From NCBI GenBank assembly GCA_038087875.1, contig CM075989.1, positions 16,432,001 to 16,496,000 on the forward strand: a stretch of 64,000 nucleotides of DNA, in the 5' to 3' direction. Positions 27,065 through 40,100 of this stretch are shown in pieces. This DNA comes from Malacoraja senta (taxonomy: Eukaryota). Made by a program: the position numbers and the translations under genes. How positions within the stretch are numbered: position 1 is the stretch's first letter; every line of letters starts with the position of its first letter. A model generated the notes under the pieces. That model worked only from the letters and a program-made list of their open reading frames with translations. It was not told the DNA's origin and ran no database searches.

Positions 27065-28246
27065 GTTTGCCATGGCTGGGCTTGTGAGTTTGTCAGCCAG
27101 AAACCCCAATCAGACCTGTGATGAGTGGAATGTGGCTTGAATTGGAAATGGAGAAGACTGGTAAATTGTTAGTCTTGGAAGCGGCATGGAGGAGAATCAG
27201 AGGTTTGGAGATTGTTGATTCCTTAAAATGGAGTGGTGGTTAGAAACAATGTTGAAGGTCTACAGTATCAATGTGACAACAGGGAATGTGAAATGGAGGC
27301 TGTTAAATTACCCGTGAGGAGTGTATTCGGTGGGGGGTGGAGAGACCAAGCCCAGCAGGAAAGGAGAGGGCATAGGGTTTGGGCTCTTGGAGGTTGTGGG
27401 GTTGTGAGCGGAGAGGTGATGGGTTGAGTGGAGAGGAGAATCCAAGGATATAGACATATAGATGTAAAACAACCGAGAAATATTCATTAGAGTGAAACTT
27501 TGATATTCTTCCTTCTGGTTATTTGGAAAATCTAATGATGCAGCATTTGGCTCATCAGATGATTCTGCCATCTTCCCCATCCACTCACTTGGCCCCGGGA
27601 GCTTGCACTTCCCATCACTCAGAGGCACCCCAGTTCACAAGCCCCCCTTCCATTCACCCACAACCTAGTTCCTGCACTCCTTTGCAACTTACCTGGTTCT
27701 CTTTCCCACAGCTGTGCAACAATGTTGAGGTCTAAATTCAGCACTTTATATCTGTCCCTTCACTTTACCTATCATACCTTGGCTTGATTGTATTTATGTA
27801 TAGTTTTACCTGATTTGACTGGATAACATGCAAAACTAAGCTTTTCTCTGTATCTCAGTACCCGTGGCAATAATAAACCTAAACCTGAGCTTTTAATTTC
27901 ACTGCTGTTCCTATTTCTACACTCCCTTTAAACTTACCAAATTCACTGAAAAATGTATTATTCTACTATTCCACAAACACTGGGAATTTGCTGTTTCTGG
28001 ACTATTGAATGTTAGTCCATTAATAGAAACATAGAAAATAGGTGCAGGAGTAGGCTATTCAGCCCTTCGATCCAGCACCGCCATTCAATATGATCATGGT
28101 TGATCATCCAAAATCAGTACCCTGTTCTGTCTTTTCCCCCCATACCCCTTGATTCCCTTAGCCCTAAGAGCTAAATCTAACTCTCTCTAACTAACTCTAA
28201 ATCTAACTCTAATATTCCAAGGCACTTTCCATTTACTTTTCTTTTA

Positions 28247-28755
28247 AGCAGGGAGGGATGGAGAAAGAGGGAATGCAGGGGTTACTAGAAGTTAGAGAAA
28301 TCAACATTCATACCACTGGGTTGTAAGCTGCCCAAGTGAAATATAGGATGCTGTTCCTCCAATTTGTGTTTAGCCTCACTCTGATAATGGACAAATGACT
28401 TGGACAGACTTGGACAGACTCACTCTCCATCCCTCCCCCACTCAAGTTGTACCAGCTTCAAAGTCGTCTTGTTGAGTGTCATTGTCTGTATTCATTCTCA
28501 CCTAGCAAACAGCTAACAATGGCCTTTTTCCTTTAGCATTGTTTCTTTTTTGTATATCTTTCATTCATTTGTTCTATATCTCTATACATTAGTCTATATC
28601 TCTTGTTTCCCTTTTCCCTGACTCTCACTGAAGGGTCTCGATCCGAAATGTCCCCTGTATTACTTTTCTCCCGCGATGCTATCGGACTCGCTGAGTTGCT
28701 CCAGCTTTTTGTGTCTATCTTCGGTTTAAACCAGCACCTGCAGTTCCTTCCTGCA
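28247..28755. mobile_element. Penelope-like fragment with internal inversion (endonuclease end on -, 3' repeat on +)
   Basis: Minus strand of ~28285-28390 reads QSEAKHKLEEQHPIFHLGSLQPSGMNVDFSNF*. ~28430-28755 is the plus-strand 3' repeat. Confidence 0.75.
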
Positions 28756-29185
28756 AATTCTCACGTGTGCTAGATTAATATACTTTTACTGTACAATATA
28801 TCTCTCCAGAAAAAAACCTTTCACTATGATCATGCACCATGATTAAAAAAAAGTTCTGTACATTAATTTCCAAGAAGGAAATGCTGATTTAAAATGAAAA
28901 GTGCATGACCACAGAGTAGGGAATAGACGTCTACGCAGAATAACGCTAAAGCTTGTGGCTTGAATGATTTAGTATTCATTGAGGTATCAAATAGTCGAGG
29001 TTTACCACATTTGAAAAATTGAAAATCAGAAAAAACTGCAGACATAGGAAACTGATGTATAGACAGAAAATGCGAGAAAGAATTGACGTCAGACAGCATC
29101 TTTGGAAGGTGAATGGAGGCTGCTGGATGGTATGTTGAAAAGTTTATATTTACGCATAAACCCATATTGACGGATTAAGGCTTAC

Positions 29186-29408
29186 CTTTATGTCCTGGTT
29201 TATTTTCCTCACCATGATTGTGACGTATTGTATATGTTCCTCTAAGAGTTGTCAAACAATATTCTCTCCTTTACCTCTATTTTTCAATGCCCTTGAATAC
29301 CAATCAAAATTATCCTTTATACCCAGTTCTGGTTCCTGGTTTTGTTGGTTTTCTCCGGATGGCTATAGGATCTTTAATTTAAATCTGGTGCCTTTGAGTC
29401 CATCATAG
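29186..29408 (-). pseudogene. FAM81A: FAM81A-like exon with in-frame stops
   Basis: Reads IKDNFDWYSRALKNRGKGENIV*QLLEEHIQYVTIMVRKINQDIK|gtaag against recalled human [46 protein letters not shown]. In-frame TGA at 29252-29254 and TAG at 29363-29365. Candidate acceptor ttttattcctag. Confidence 0.85.
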
Positions 29409-29689
29409 CTAGGAATAAAATGATCAGAAAACAGAAACTTAGTTCTGTGTAGCTAATATATTAACAAGTTAGACTGGGAAATATTTGAGTAGAACACTAA
29501 GTAAGTCAGGAAGCATCTATGGAGATCATGAACAGGCAATGTTGTGGGCGATCCTATCCATGTCCTCCAGAGATACTGCCTTGACCCGCTGAGTTACACC
29601 ATCTGTTCTATGCAAGATTCCAGCATCTTTAGTTCCTTACGGCTCTAAATATTAGAGTATACTAGGACTACCATATTTGTAGAAGAAGC

Positions 29690-30520
29690 ATGATATGAAG
29701 TTTGATCAGCTGTGCAAGGGAGCTGAGGAATGGTTAATCAAATTTAATGCAGATAAGCGCAAGCTTTATGAAGTCAAATTAGGGCAGGACCTTCACAGTG
29801 AATGGCAGGGACCCAGAGAGTGTTGTAGAGCAAAGGGATAGAGGAGTGCAGGTACATTGTTCCCTGAAAGTAGCATCACGGATCGATAGGGTGGTCAAGA
29901 AGGCTTTCAGTACATTGGCCTTCATCAGTCAGGGTATAGAGTGTAGAAGTTGGGAGGTTATGTTATAGTTGTACAAGAAGTTGGTGAGACCAAATTTAGA
30001 GCATTATGTTCAGTATTGGTCATGCTGCTTTAGGAAGGATGTTTATAAGCTGGAAAGTGTGTACAGAAAATGAACAGATTTTACTAGCACTTGAAGATCT
30101 GAGCTATAGGAAGAGGTTGGCCAGGCTAGAACTTTATTCCTTGGAGTGCATGAGGCTGAGGGATGGTCATATAGGGGTCTATCAAATCATGAGAGTGAAT
30201 GTACTGTCTTTTATCCAGAGTAGGGGAATCAAGTACCAGAGGACATAGGTTTAAGGTGAGAGGGGAAAGATTTAATGGTAACCTGCGGTGCAACTTTTTC
30301 ACACAGAGGGTGGTGTGTATATGGAATAAGCTGCCAGAGGAAGTAGTTGAGGCAGTTACTATAACAACTTTTTAAAAACATTTGAATAGGTACATGGATT
30401 GGAAAGGTTGAAAAGAATATGGACCAAATGCGGGCAGTTGGGACTAGCGTAGATGGGGGCATCTTGGTTGCCATGGGCAAGTTGGATCGAAGGGCCTGTT
30501 TCCATGGTGTATAACTATAT
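29690..30520 (+). mobile_element. Older CR1-clade LINE 3' fragment
   Basis: Degenerate CR1 ORF2 C-terminal motifs and a gaagggcctgtttcc tail. Confidence 0.85.
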
Positions 30521-32987
30521 CTTTAAATGTGGCTTTGTTTGTGAAATTATAATAAACTTCTCATATGTGCAGGTATCTTTCTAGCATGCTATGTCTATGG
30601 TGCTTGCTATTTGACAGAGATTGGTATAGGAACACTGAGACATGTTATGTTGAAAATGAGAGGGAAGGAAGGAAGGATAAAATAAATTATATCATAGGTG
30701 TAATTAGGTTTCTTTTTATCATTAAAAAAAAATTAAAATCAATAAAACAAATGTCAGATCCAAGTCATGAGAAAATGGCTCCACTTCGATGAAGTCACCA
30801 GGGGTCGTGAGGAATAAACATTTTTTTTCATACGAGAGTGGTTATTTTTTTAACAGTGGTACAAAAATAATCAATCAGCATTTTCAAAAGGATATTCTTT
30901 GGCAGACAATGGGGAAGAACGGGGAAAATCAAACTGCCAGGTTTGGTCGATTCGAAGCTGGTACAGACATGATGTGCTGAATGGCCTCCTGGAGCTCCAA
31001 GGACTTTATGATTCTCTGATCTGTGAATCTGGTTCTCATCTGGAGCAAGAGAATAAAGCAAACCAAGTGATGCAGGAAATGGTATCACACATGAGTGCTG
31101 GACACAGCTGTGTTTAACTCAACGGGGAGCTAACAAGGGGAGAAAACCAAGTAAACATCAAACAGCCATGCAGCATAGTATTAAACTAGACAATTGAAAG
31201 AAAGTTTTAATAAGTTTACTTAACGGTTACTCTGAAACATTGTGCTGGTGTTTTGGGTGCTTTTCAGATTGAGGTTCAGGAAGGTTTTCAAAACTTGTGC
31301 AGCAAGTAAGAATGTCATTGTTCTATCAGGGACACATGACAATAAAACACTCTTGACTCTTGACTCTCTTGACAAATCTTCCAGCCCCCGAACATCTCCT
31401 GCCTGCACTGCAAAAGCTGTGCATTCAAAGTACATTTTCTCTGGCTGGTCTACATGTCAAGGAAAACTTCACTGCCTGCCAAAGATTAATCCAAACTAAT
31501 TAAGTACATTAATTGACAAAAAGATCAAGTTTCATTAATTTCATTGATGCATCATATCGAACTTCAAGTGTAGTAAACATCCTGTTTTCCACAATAATTC
31601 TCACGCCTATTTAAGACAGAGGTGAGATGATTTTTTTCCCTTCAGTTGTGCATGAAAGATTATTGTCATGTCACCACTGACCAGAAATGCATGTGGTCCA
31701 TCCACATAAAAATGGGGCTAGATGAGCATGTCAGAGGCTGGGTATTCTGTGGTGAGTGATTCACCTCTTGACTCCCCTAGCAACCACAGCTCAGCTATTG
31801 AAGTTAGGGTGACCTTGATTCTGGAATAGAGGTGACAGAGATGGAACTGTTTTTCATGATTCTTGCAGGTTATTTCCTACAACAGAAGCAATCTCAGTTC
31901 AGAGCGGAGTCATCATTGCCCCCAAGCTACAAGCTTGTTGGATATGAAGCAAGATAGACTGAAGAAAGCACTGGGGAAATGCTTTCCCACCAGGCAGAAG
32001 ATGCAAAAGCTTGAAACCACATACCACCAGATTCAGGAACAGCTTTATCCCTGCTGTCTGCAGACCACTTAACCACTCTCATAAAATAAGGCTGTGGTCC
32101 ACATCTGCCAACCTACCTCATTGCGACCCTTGAGCTTGTTTTTTATCTGCACTTTCTTTGTAACTGCAATGCTACAATGCTGTAACACTATATGCTGCAC
32201 TCTGATACTTTTCTCTTTACACAACCTGTTGTACTTATGTATGGAGCTGCAGATGCTGGAAACTTAGTAAAACACACAAAGTGCTGGAGTAATTCAGTGG
32301 GTCTGGCAGCATCTTTGGGGACATGGATTGGTGACACTTTGGGTCAGGACCCTTCTTCAGACTGACTGTGTAGGGAAGAGAAAGCTGAAACAGAGATGGG
32401 GAAGGGACAAAACCTGTCAAGTGATTGGTGGATACGTGTGAGGAGTTGGGGGGTGATTAGCTCGTGGATTGACAAGGGCCAGAGATGTAAAGGAGACAAA
32501 AGAATATCAGGTAAGGAGAGAAGGGAAGAGAAGTGTAAAGCCAGCGCAAAGATTGTAAATGGGAGGGTTCAGGTGCGAGTTGGTGAAGTGGGGAAGGGGG
32601 TGGGATTGTTGATTGTACTCGTGTGCAGTATGATTTAACTGGATAGTACAACGTTTATTACTGTATTTCAATTCAGTACACATGACAAAAATAAATAAAT
32701 GTCAATACGTGCAATATAGCTTTGTGGATGCACAAAACTGCAGGTAGGTAATTCCGCTTTCATCAACCAAATGAACTAAAGGTCATAGACGAGACCCGGG
32801 CACCTAAATGTTTGCATCATAAAGCAATGAGATGCAAATGCTTATGATTATTTTTCATTCTCAGGTTCTGCTACATCAGATAACATTAAAATTATTCACA
32901 TGCATCACTGAATTTCTTTGATAGCATATCCCAACAATCACTTCTGTTGTCAAGGGCACCAAGCACATTGGAACATCATGATTTGCA

Positions 32988-33110
32988 TGTCAGTCTGAAG
33001 AAGGGTTCTGACCCAAAACGTCACCTATTTTTTTCCAGTGATCCAGTGAAGTTACCCCAGCATTTTGTGTCAATCTTCAGTATAAACCTGCAGCTGCAGT
33101 TCCTTCCTAC
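32988..33110 (+). mobile_element. Penelope-derived short element
   Basis: TSD acatcatgatttgca at 32973-32987 and 33111-33125. Confidence 0.8.
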
Positions 33111-36100
33111 ACATCATGATTTGCAAGTTCCCCTCCATGTTGCACATTGACCCGCCTTAGAATGACATTCCTGTACCTTCATCAACACTGGTCAAAATCC
33201 TGGAACTACTTAAAGCAATGCGCTTCATAGACTGAGGGCTTGAAGAAAGAGACTGACAAACATCTTCTTGAGGGCAATTAATTAAAAGATCTCACCTTTC
33301 AGCGATGCCCAAGTCCTAAGAGAGAATATTAAAAAAATCACTAACTTGATTACTGTTAATTGTTTTAATAGTAATTTGAAATTTTGGGTGTTCAATTGTG
33401 AAAATCCAACTTGTGCAAAACATGTCACTAACATTTTATATTCAAAAGAATACAAGAAATACAGCTAACTCTTTTGAGAAAGGTTCAAAGGTCAACAATC
33501 ACAAAAATATGGAGCTGCACAAATCAAGTCAATTTAATCCAAATTCAGGTCACATATGCAGGAATGAAAAAAACCCCATTTTATTTTGGTTCTACACATG
33601 GCTAGTGGAAGGAAGCGCAAATTGAGATCTATGTTCTTATGCCGAGCAATGTGAGAGAGAGCTAGGTAAAAATAAATCTCAGATGTTATGCACTTTACTT
33701 TTTTCTGAACCACTTTCTCAAAGGAATTGAGATCTCAAGGACCAAATATGTTGATGAGTTTCCTATGTATTTTCAGGTCATTACTCCATAGAAAAGTCAC
33801 TCGCCAATACTTGCTGGATTACTGAAAGAACATTTCTGAAGCAAACTATCGTTAAGGCTCCACACTTGCGGCAAGAGCCATTGACAAAATATGCCCGCCT
33901 TTTAACACTCACGCCAGGCTAATTAGTCACTGCAGAACCCACAAAAAACAGGATTGAAGCACATCATCCTTGAACCTGAGAAGTTACCTGCAAAGGAAAA
34001 TAATGTGCTGCAACCACTATTCTGACTGACCCCTGATTCTAAACAGAAACATATAATTATATGTTTTATTCAGTGGGTATGTATTAAGCAAGAGTTAACC
34101 TCATTCCTGTGTATTTACAAGATAGAAATGTATTGAGCACACTTTTATGGTGTTGGACGTGTGACAGTCATGGAATAATTAAGCAGCTAATTACAGAAAT
34201 ACTTGCAATAATTCATTAGCCTAAGGAGTGCACAAAATGGGTAATATTCATTCAGGCAAACCATCTAGAATATCAATATATTTTAATTAAGCCTAGATTT
34301 TAATATAGAAGGGTACAACAGCATATGTGGTGGAATTTTAATTTTATGTCTCATGTTAATTCCTATAAAAAACATTAGGTCACAGCTTCTTGAACCTGCT
34401 CCACATTTAATAAGATTATTGCTGATCCAAGTTTCTCTGTTAATGAGGGCCAGCGATCACCGTGCTAAACAGCGAACAGAGTTTTCCAGAGAACCAAAAC
34501 GTTCTCATTTACTGGCCCGAGGTTCTGCTTTTTAACCTTCTGCCTAACATCCTATATTCATACTAAAGGACCTCATTCCTTTTTCTACCTATAAGACTAA
34601 AGAGATAATACACTGCAGAATACTGCTTATATATTTCCACTCTACAGTAGGCAGTTGAAAATCATCCCTTAAACAATTCTCTCTTGCTACTCAATTTGAA
34701 AGTGAATTCATAACAAATTAACTTAACCAAAGTGTTCCTTGAGAAAATACCAGGTCTTCTCACTTACATATAAAAATCTTAAATCATTAGGCTGTAGCTT
34801 ATTTAATATCTGTATGATAAAACTCGATTAATTTAGCATGCTTGGGACTTTGGATGTTATTCCTATTATCACCTTAACATATTTTAAAATCATATATGGG
34901 TTTTTTAGATGTTACAGAGCAGAATAATAAATTTTCTACTGGATCCAGTAAGTTTCAAGGGAGCGCAGGAAACAAGGCCCAGGTGGGCCAGATGCTGAAC
35001 CATCCAGATCTTTGTAAAACTGGGTAATGAATTCTCCGAGTTTTATTGCATACAGTGTATGACAATAGTTAAATATAAACTACTACACTAACAAGAACTC
35101 AAACAAGGTACAAATCATGATTAAGATAATTTATCTCAATCTAACCAAATTGTAGTTAATCGCCCTGGCAACAGTAGCTCTGATGGGTAAATAGTCTATT
35201 TTCCTTTCAAAAGGAAAAGGGTTATCTTATGTGGCCAAGAAACGTGCATAACTAAGGTGGCAATTGAGAAAGATGTCTTTTGATGCTTGATTTGTTTAAA
35301 TATTGGCTAGGAAAACATGAAAATGTTTGTTTCCTTTCTACTGACTGTTCACTAATTGCCAGCCTCCCCCGCCCCCTCCTCTGCCACACAATGGCTGGTT
35401 TCGTACTCATATCCTCTTTTCATATTTTTTGCACAACCAACCCCAACAGTACCCACCTCTTATGGAAAATAAAGCCACTTCTAATGACTAAGATTAATTT
35501 GTATGTTTTTTAATTTCCTACCCCACTAGTTTTAAATGAACTGCATGCTAAATTAGCAACCAAAAATAGGGAACTCAGTTTACAAGATACAAGATATAAA
35601 ATACATTTATTTGTCACATGTGCCAGTTGGCACAGTGAAATGTGATCACCATACAGCCAGACAATAAAAATAAAGAACACAACACACGATAGAGTTCAAC
35701 ATAAAACATCCACACACAGCAGAATCAAAAGTTTCCCACTGTGAGGGAAGGCACCAAAGTCAGTCATCTTCCTCTGATGTTCCTGATGTTCACCCGTGGT
35801 CGGGTCCAACTGATTACCTGCCATCAGTCTACAAAGCAATGGAAGACTTTATCAAACATTGCTGTCCAATGGCATTTACTCAAACATAACATGCTCTTTC
35901 ATCAAATAACAGAACACTGGAGGAACTCAGCAGGCCGGGCAGCATCTATGGAGGGAATGGACATAAAACATTTCAGCTTGGGACCTTTCAGACTCCACAG
36001 ATGCTGCCTGACCTGCTGAGTTCCTCCAGCACTTTGCGTTTTGGTCAAGATTCCTCACCTGCAGTCTCTTGTGTCTCCATTGTGTCCACTGTACTCAGGG

Positions 36101-37608
36101 CCAGTTTGCATTTTGCTAGGAATACTTGGCCCCAGCAAGTCAGACCTGATAGCTGAATTCTGGAGATGAGGTGACAATGACTGGTATTGAGGCTGCATTT
36201 TACCAAGTGTAGCTTCAAGCAAACCCTGTCAATGAGGATCAAAGGGGAAACACTCCAAGTCATCCTTCGTACAAAGGAAGCTGGATCTAGTTGTGGCCCA
36301 GTCTCAGGACATCACTGTATGTGTTCATCAGGGCAGTGTTCCAGGTCGAGCCAACCTCAGTGGCTGCATCAATAATCTTCCTTCCATCATTAGAACAGAG
36401 GCAGGATGTACAATAATGACTATTGATTACACAATGTTCATTTCTTCCTCAGCAAATGAACCAGTCCAGACTGCAAGACTAGACAATATTCATGCCCAGG
36501 CTAATAAGTGACACATAACATTCTCACCACACAAAATGGTAGGCAGCAACAATTCCCAACAATAGAAGGTCTAACCACCAAATCTTGGCATTCAATAGCA
36601 TTACCATGGAGGCTACCATTAACCAGAAACACAACTGGAGCAACAACATAAATAAGATGGTACTACGTGAGAAGCTCAGCAAATATCTTACAGTGAGTTA
36701 TCCCTCTCCTGACAGTGAAATATTCCACAGTCTACAAGATATAAACCAGGAGGGTGATTAAACATTCTCCACTTGACTTGCCAAGTGCTTTTGCAACAAC
36801 ATTCTAGAAGTTTTTGACACCATCCAAGGGAAATGAGCCTGTTTCTTCAACACTTATCGACCATGCCAAACATTCATTCCCTCCACCACCTGCACACAAT
36901 GACTGCAGTTACAATGTGCACTGTGGTGGTTACTCACCTAGATTACTTGGATAGCACGAAGATAGACACAAAAAGCTGGAGTAACTCAGCGGGTCAGGCA
37001 GCATCTCTGGAGAAAAGGAATAGGTGACGTTTCCAGCCGAGATCTTTCTTCAGACTGGATTGCACCTCTGACACTTACAACCTCCACTACCAAAAAGAAC
37101 AATTGCTTCAAGTGCAGAGGAACACCATCACCTACACATTCTCCTCCAAGTCACATGCTAGCCTGATCTGGAAATATACTGTCATTCCTTCATATTTGGT
37201 GGGTCAACACCTTGAAACTCTCCACTACAGCAGAGTGGGGATGCCATCACCAGTGGGGAACGGCTTTCCACCATTATCAGCGACACCCAGATCCTGAAAC
37301 GTGAACTTGAAAGAAACAATCTTCTTGGTGACCACTGATCAACACAGGTCAGTGGAAAATTATGCTGAAAGAAATCTACAAACCTAGCTACATTGGTGTA
37401 GGCTGCACAAGATTAACCGTGCCTCCATTTTGTTTTCTTTGGCTATCAATAACATTTAAACATAAAAAGGGGACAGTTCGATGCAAGAGACTGCAGATGC
37501 TAGGTCAAGAGTTAAAAACAAACTGCTGGAGGAATTCAGCACATGGATGCTACCTGGCCCTCTATACCGTCAGAAGTTCACCTTTGCTCAAAATAGGAGG
37601 CAAGCATG

Positions 37609-37842
37609 TGTAAGAAAGATCTGCAGATGCTAGTTTAAATTAAAGGTAGACACAAAATGCTGGAGTAACTCAGCGGGTGAGGCAGCATCTCTGGAGAGAA
37701 GGAATGGGCGACGTTTCGGGTTGAGACCCTTCAGATCCTTTTTCAGAGTCTGAAGAAGGGTCTCAACCCGAAACGTCGGCCATTCCTTCTCTTCAGAGAT
37801 GCTGCTTCTCCCGCTGAGTTACTCCAGCATTTTGTGTCTACT
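37609..37842. mobile_element. Fold-back Penelope-derived short element
   Basis: Inverted halves, hammerhead-like core at 37750-37777. TSD taggaggcaWgcatg at 37594-37608 and 37843-37857. Confidence 0.85.
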
Positions 37843-38413
37843 TAGGAGGCATGCATGGTACACCTGCATGATGATTTCATCTTTAGTCCTTTTAGGTGGG
37901 CTAAAAATAAATGGAATAGATCCCCTGTTAAACACAGAAGGGTTGAGGTAGAATTTCAAAACAAGCACATGGAAGAACCACAGTGAAACCTCATAAATCA
38001 CTTTAAAGATTCATGGCTGTATGTTTGACGAAATGTAGTGCCAATTTAACTACTTTTAAAATTATAATTATACATTGTCAAAACCAAACATTCTCAGTTG
38101 CTTAATTAAATTTAATTCTTAATTCCGAGAATCACAATCCCTATAACTCCAGTGATGATCCCTTCCTTCTTTACATTTATGATCAGTTTTAAAATGTGGT
38201 TGGCCTGAATATGCTGAAGCTTCCTTATTTGATCAGTGGAATTTCTGACCTAATCCAGGTTACCCATGCAAATCTCCCTGACTGATTTGCAATACACTAT
38301 TTGGCTAATTTTAACGCAAGATTTGAAGGGGAGACGCAGGGATTGCTGCACAATTCCACTCAATGGGGCCCCAGTTCCCACATTCCCTCCCACACACCAG
38401 GGCTCCATTCCCC

Positions 38414-38613
38414 NNNNNNNNNNNNNNNNNNNNNNNNNNNNNNNNNNNNNNNNNNNNNNNNNNNNNNNNNNNNNNNNNNNNNNNNNNNNNNNNNNNNNNN
38501 NNNNNNNNNNNNNNNNNNNNNNNNNNNNNNNNNNNNNNNNNNNNNNNNNNNNNNNNNNNNNNNNNNNNNNNNNNNNNNNNNNNNNNNNNNNNNNNNNNNN
38601 NNNNNNNNNNNNN
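38414..38613. other. Assembly gap (200 N)
   Basis: Run of N. Confidence 1.
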
Positions 38614-38844
38614 GAAATGTTCTCCAATCTGTTATCTCGACAATTATATATTTTTTCTGTTGTATCTCCGTCCGCACTGCAGCCTAACATCAAGGAGTTG
38701 CCGGCCTTTGCTGGAGACCACGGGGAGCCTGCAGACTTACCAACGCGGAGCTCGCAATCCCTTTGCCAGGGGTCAACTTCGGAGCTCCAACCATGGGTGC
38801 CTGCAGACTTAACATCTGGTCAGAGACCGACTTCGGGAAATTCA

Positions 38845-38952
38845 AGCTGCGGGAGATTTGACCGCCCCGAAGCGGGAGTTTCAATCGCCCCTGACGCGGG
38901 AGCTTCGATTGCCGGCTGCGGGAGCTTTGATTGTCCCGACGGATGGTTCGAT
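38845..38952. repeat. CpG-rich ~21-24 bp tandem subrepeats (gcgggagcttcgatYgcccc) inside an unclassified interspersed repeat that shares sequence with ~20110-20185
   Basis: Direct reading. tatctccgtccgc...cctaacatc.aggagttg.cggcctttgctg occurs at both loci. Confidence 0.6.
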
Positions 38953-39618
38953 TAAGCATGCAAGTACAGCAGGCAGTGAAGAAAGCGAATGGCATGTTGG
39001 CCTTTATAACAAGAGGAGTCGAGTATAGGAGCAAAGAGGTCCTTCTGCAGTTGTACAGGGCCCTAGTGAGACCACACCTGGAGTATTGTGTGCAGTTTTA
39101 GTCCCCTAATTTGAGGAAGGACATTCTTGCTGTTGAGGGAGTGCAGCGTAGGTTTACAAGGTTAATTCCCAGGATGACGGGACTGTCATATGCTGAGAGA
39201 ATGGAGCGGCTGGGCTTGTACACTCTGGAGTTTAGAAGGATGAGAGGGAATTCTTATTGAAACATATATGATTGTTAAGGGTTTGGACAGGCTAGAGGCA
39301 GGAAACATGTTCCCGATGTTGGGGGAGTCCAGAACCAGGGGCCACAGTTTAAGAATAAGGGTTAAGCCATTTAGAATGGAGACGAGGAAACACTTTTTCT
39401 CACAGAGAGTGGTGAGTGGAATTCTCTGCCTCAGAGGGCAGTGGAGGCCGGTTCTCTGGATACTTTCAAGAGAGAGCTAGATAGGGCTCTTAAAGATAGC
39501 GGAGTCAGGGGATATGGGGAGAAGGCAGGAGCGGGGTACTGATTGGGGATGATCAGCCATGATCACATTGAAGGGCCGAATGGCCTACTCCGCACTTATT
39601 GTCCATTGTCTATTGTCT
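38953..39618 (+). mobile_element. CR1-clade LINE 3' fragment, close copy of ~11020-11668
   Basis: Long near-identical stretches shared with the 11 kb copy, and the same tail. Confidence 0.92.
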
Positions 39619-39830
39619 ACTCTGACCGCAGAAGAATAGTGGAAGAGGATTCGACTTTATTGCCTTCCATCATATTGAGGAATGTGGGGAATCCGCTATG
39701 GTGGATGATTATGTTAACTTGTACATGTGTGTCTTGTTGCTTTTTGTTTCGTATGGCTGTCGTGTATGGTAATTCACATATCACTGTACCTTAATTGGTA
39801 CATGTGACAATAAAAGTCCTTTGAAACCTT

Positions 39831-40100
39831 TGGAGCATTGCAGCGAATGGGATGTGGAGCATTGGAGTTAGTGGGAGGTGGGGCATTGCAGTGAGTGAGA
39901 GGTGGGGCATTACAGCGAGAGGGAAGTGGAGCTTTGCAGTGAGTAGGAGGTGGGGCACTGCAGTGAATAGAGGGGTGGGCATTGCAGTGAATGAGACGGC
40001 GTTAGTGGGAGGTGGAGCATTACAGGGAATGGGGGGTGGAGCATTACAGGGAATGGGGGGTGGGGCATTGCAGTGAGCGGGAGGTGGAGCGTTGTACTGA
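39831..40100. repeat. G-rich minisatellite, ~24-bp unit (gggaggtggggcattgcagtgagt), about 10-11 diverged copies
   Basis: Direct reading of tandem units. Confidence 0.85.

Noticed and set aside
29252..29254. In-frame TGA as selenocysteine or programmed readthrough
   Set aside because: It aligns to Arg rather than Cys and is accompanied by a second stop and frameshifts, so pseudogenisation is simpler.
38250..38955. ORFs of 105-229 aa
   Set aside because: They run through the N gap and repeat sequence; the same applies to 13848-14219.
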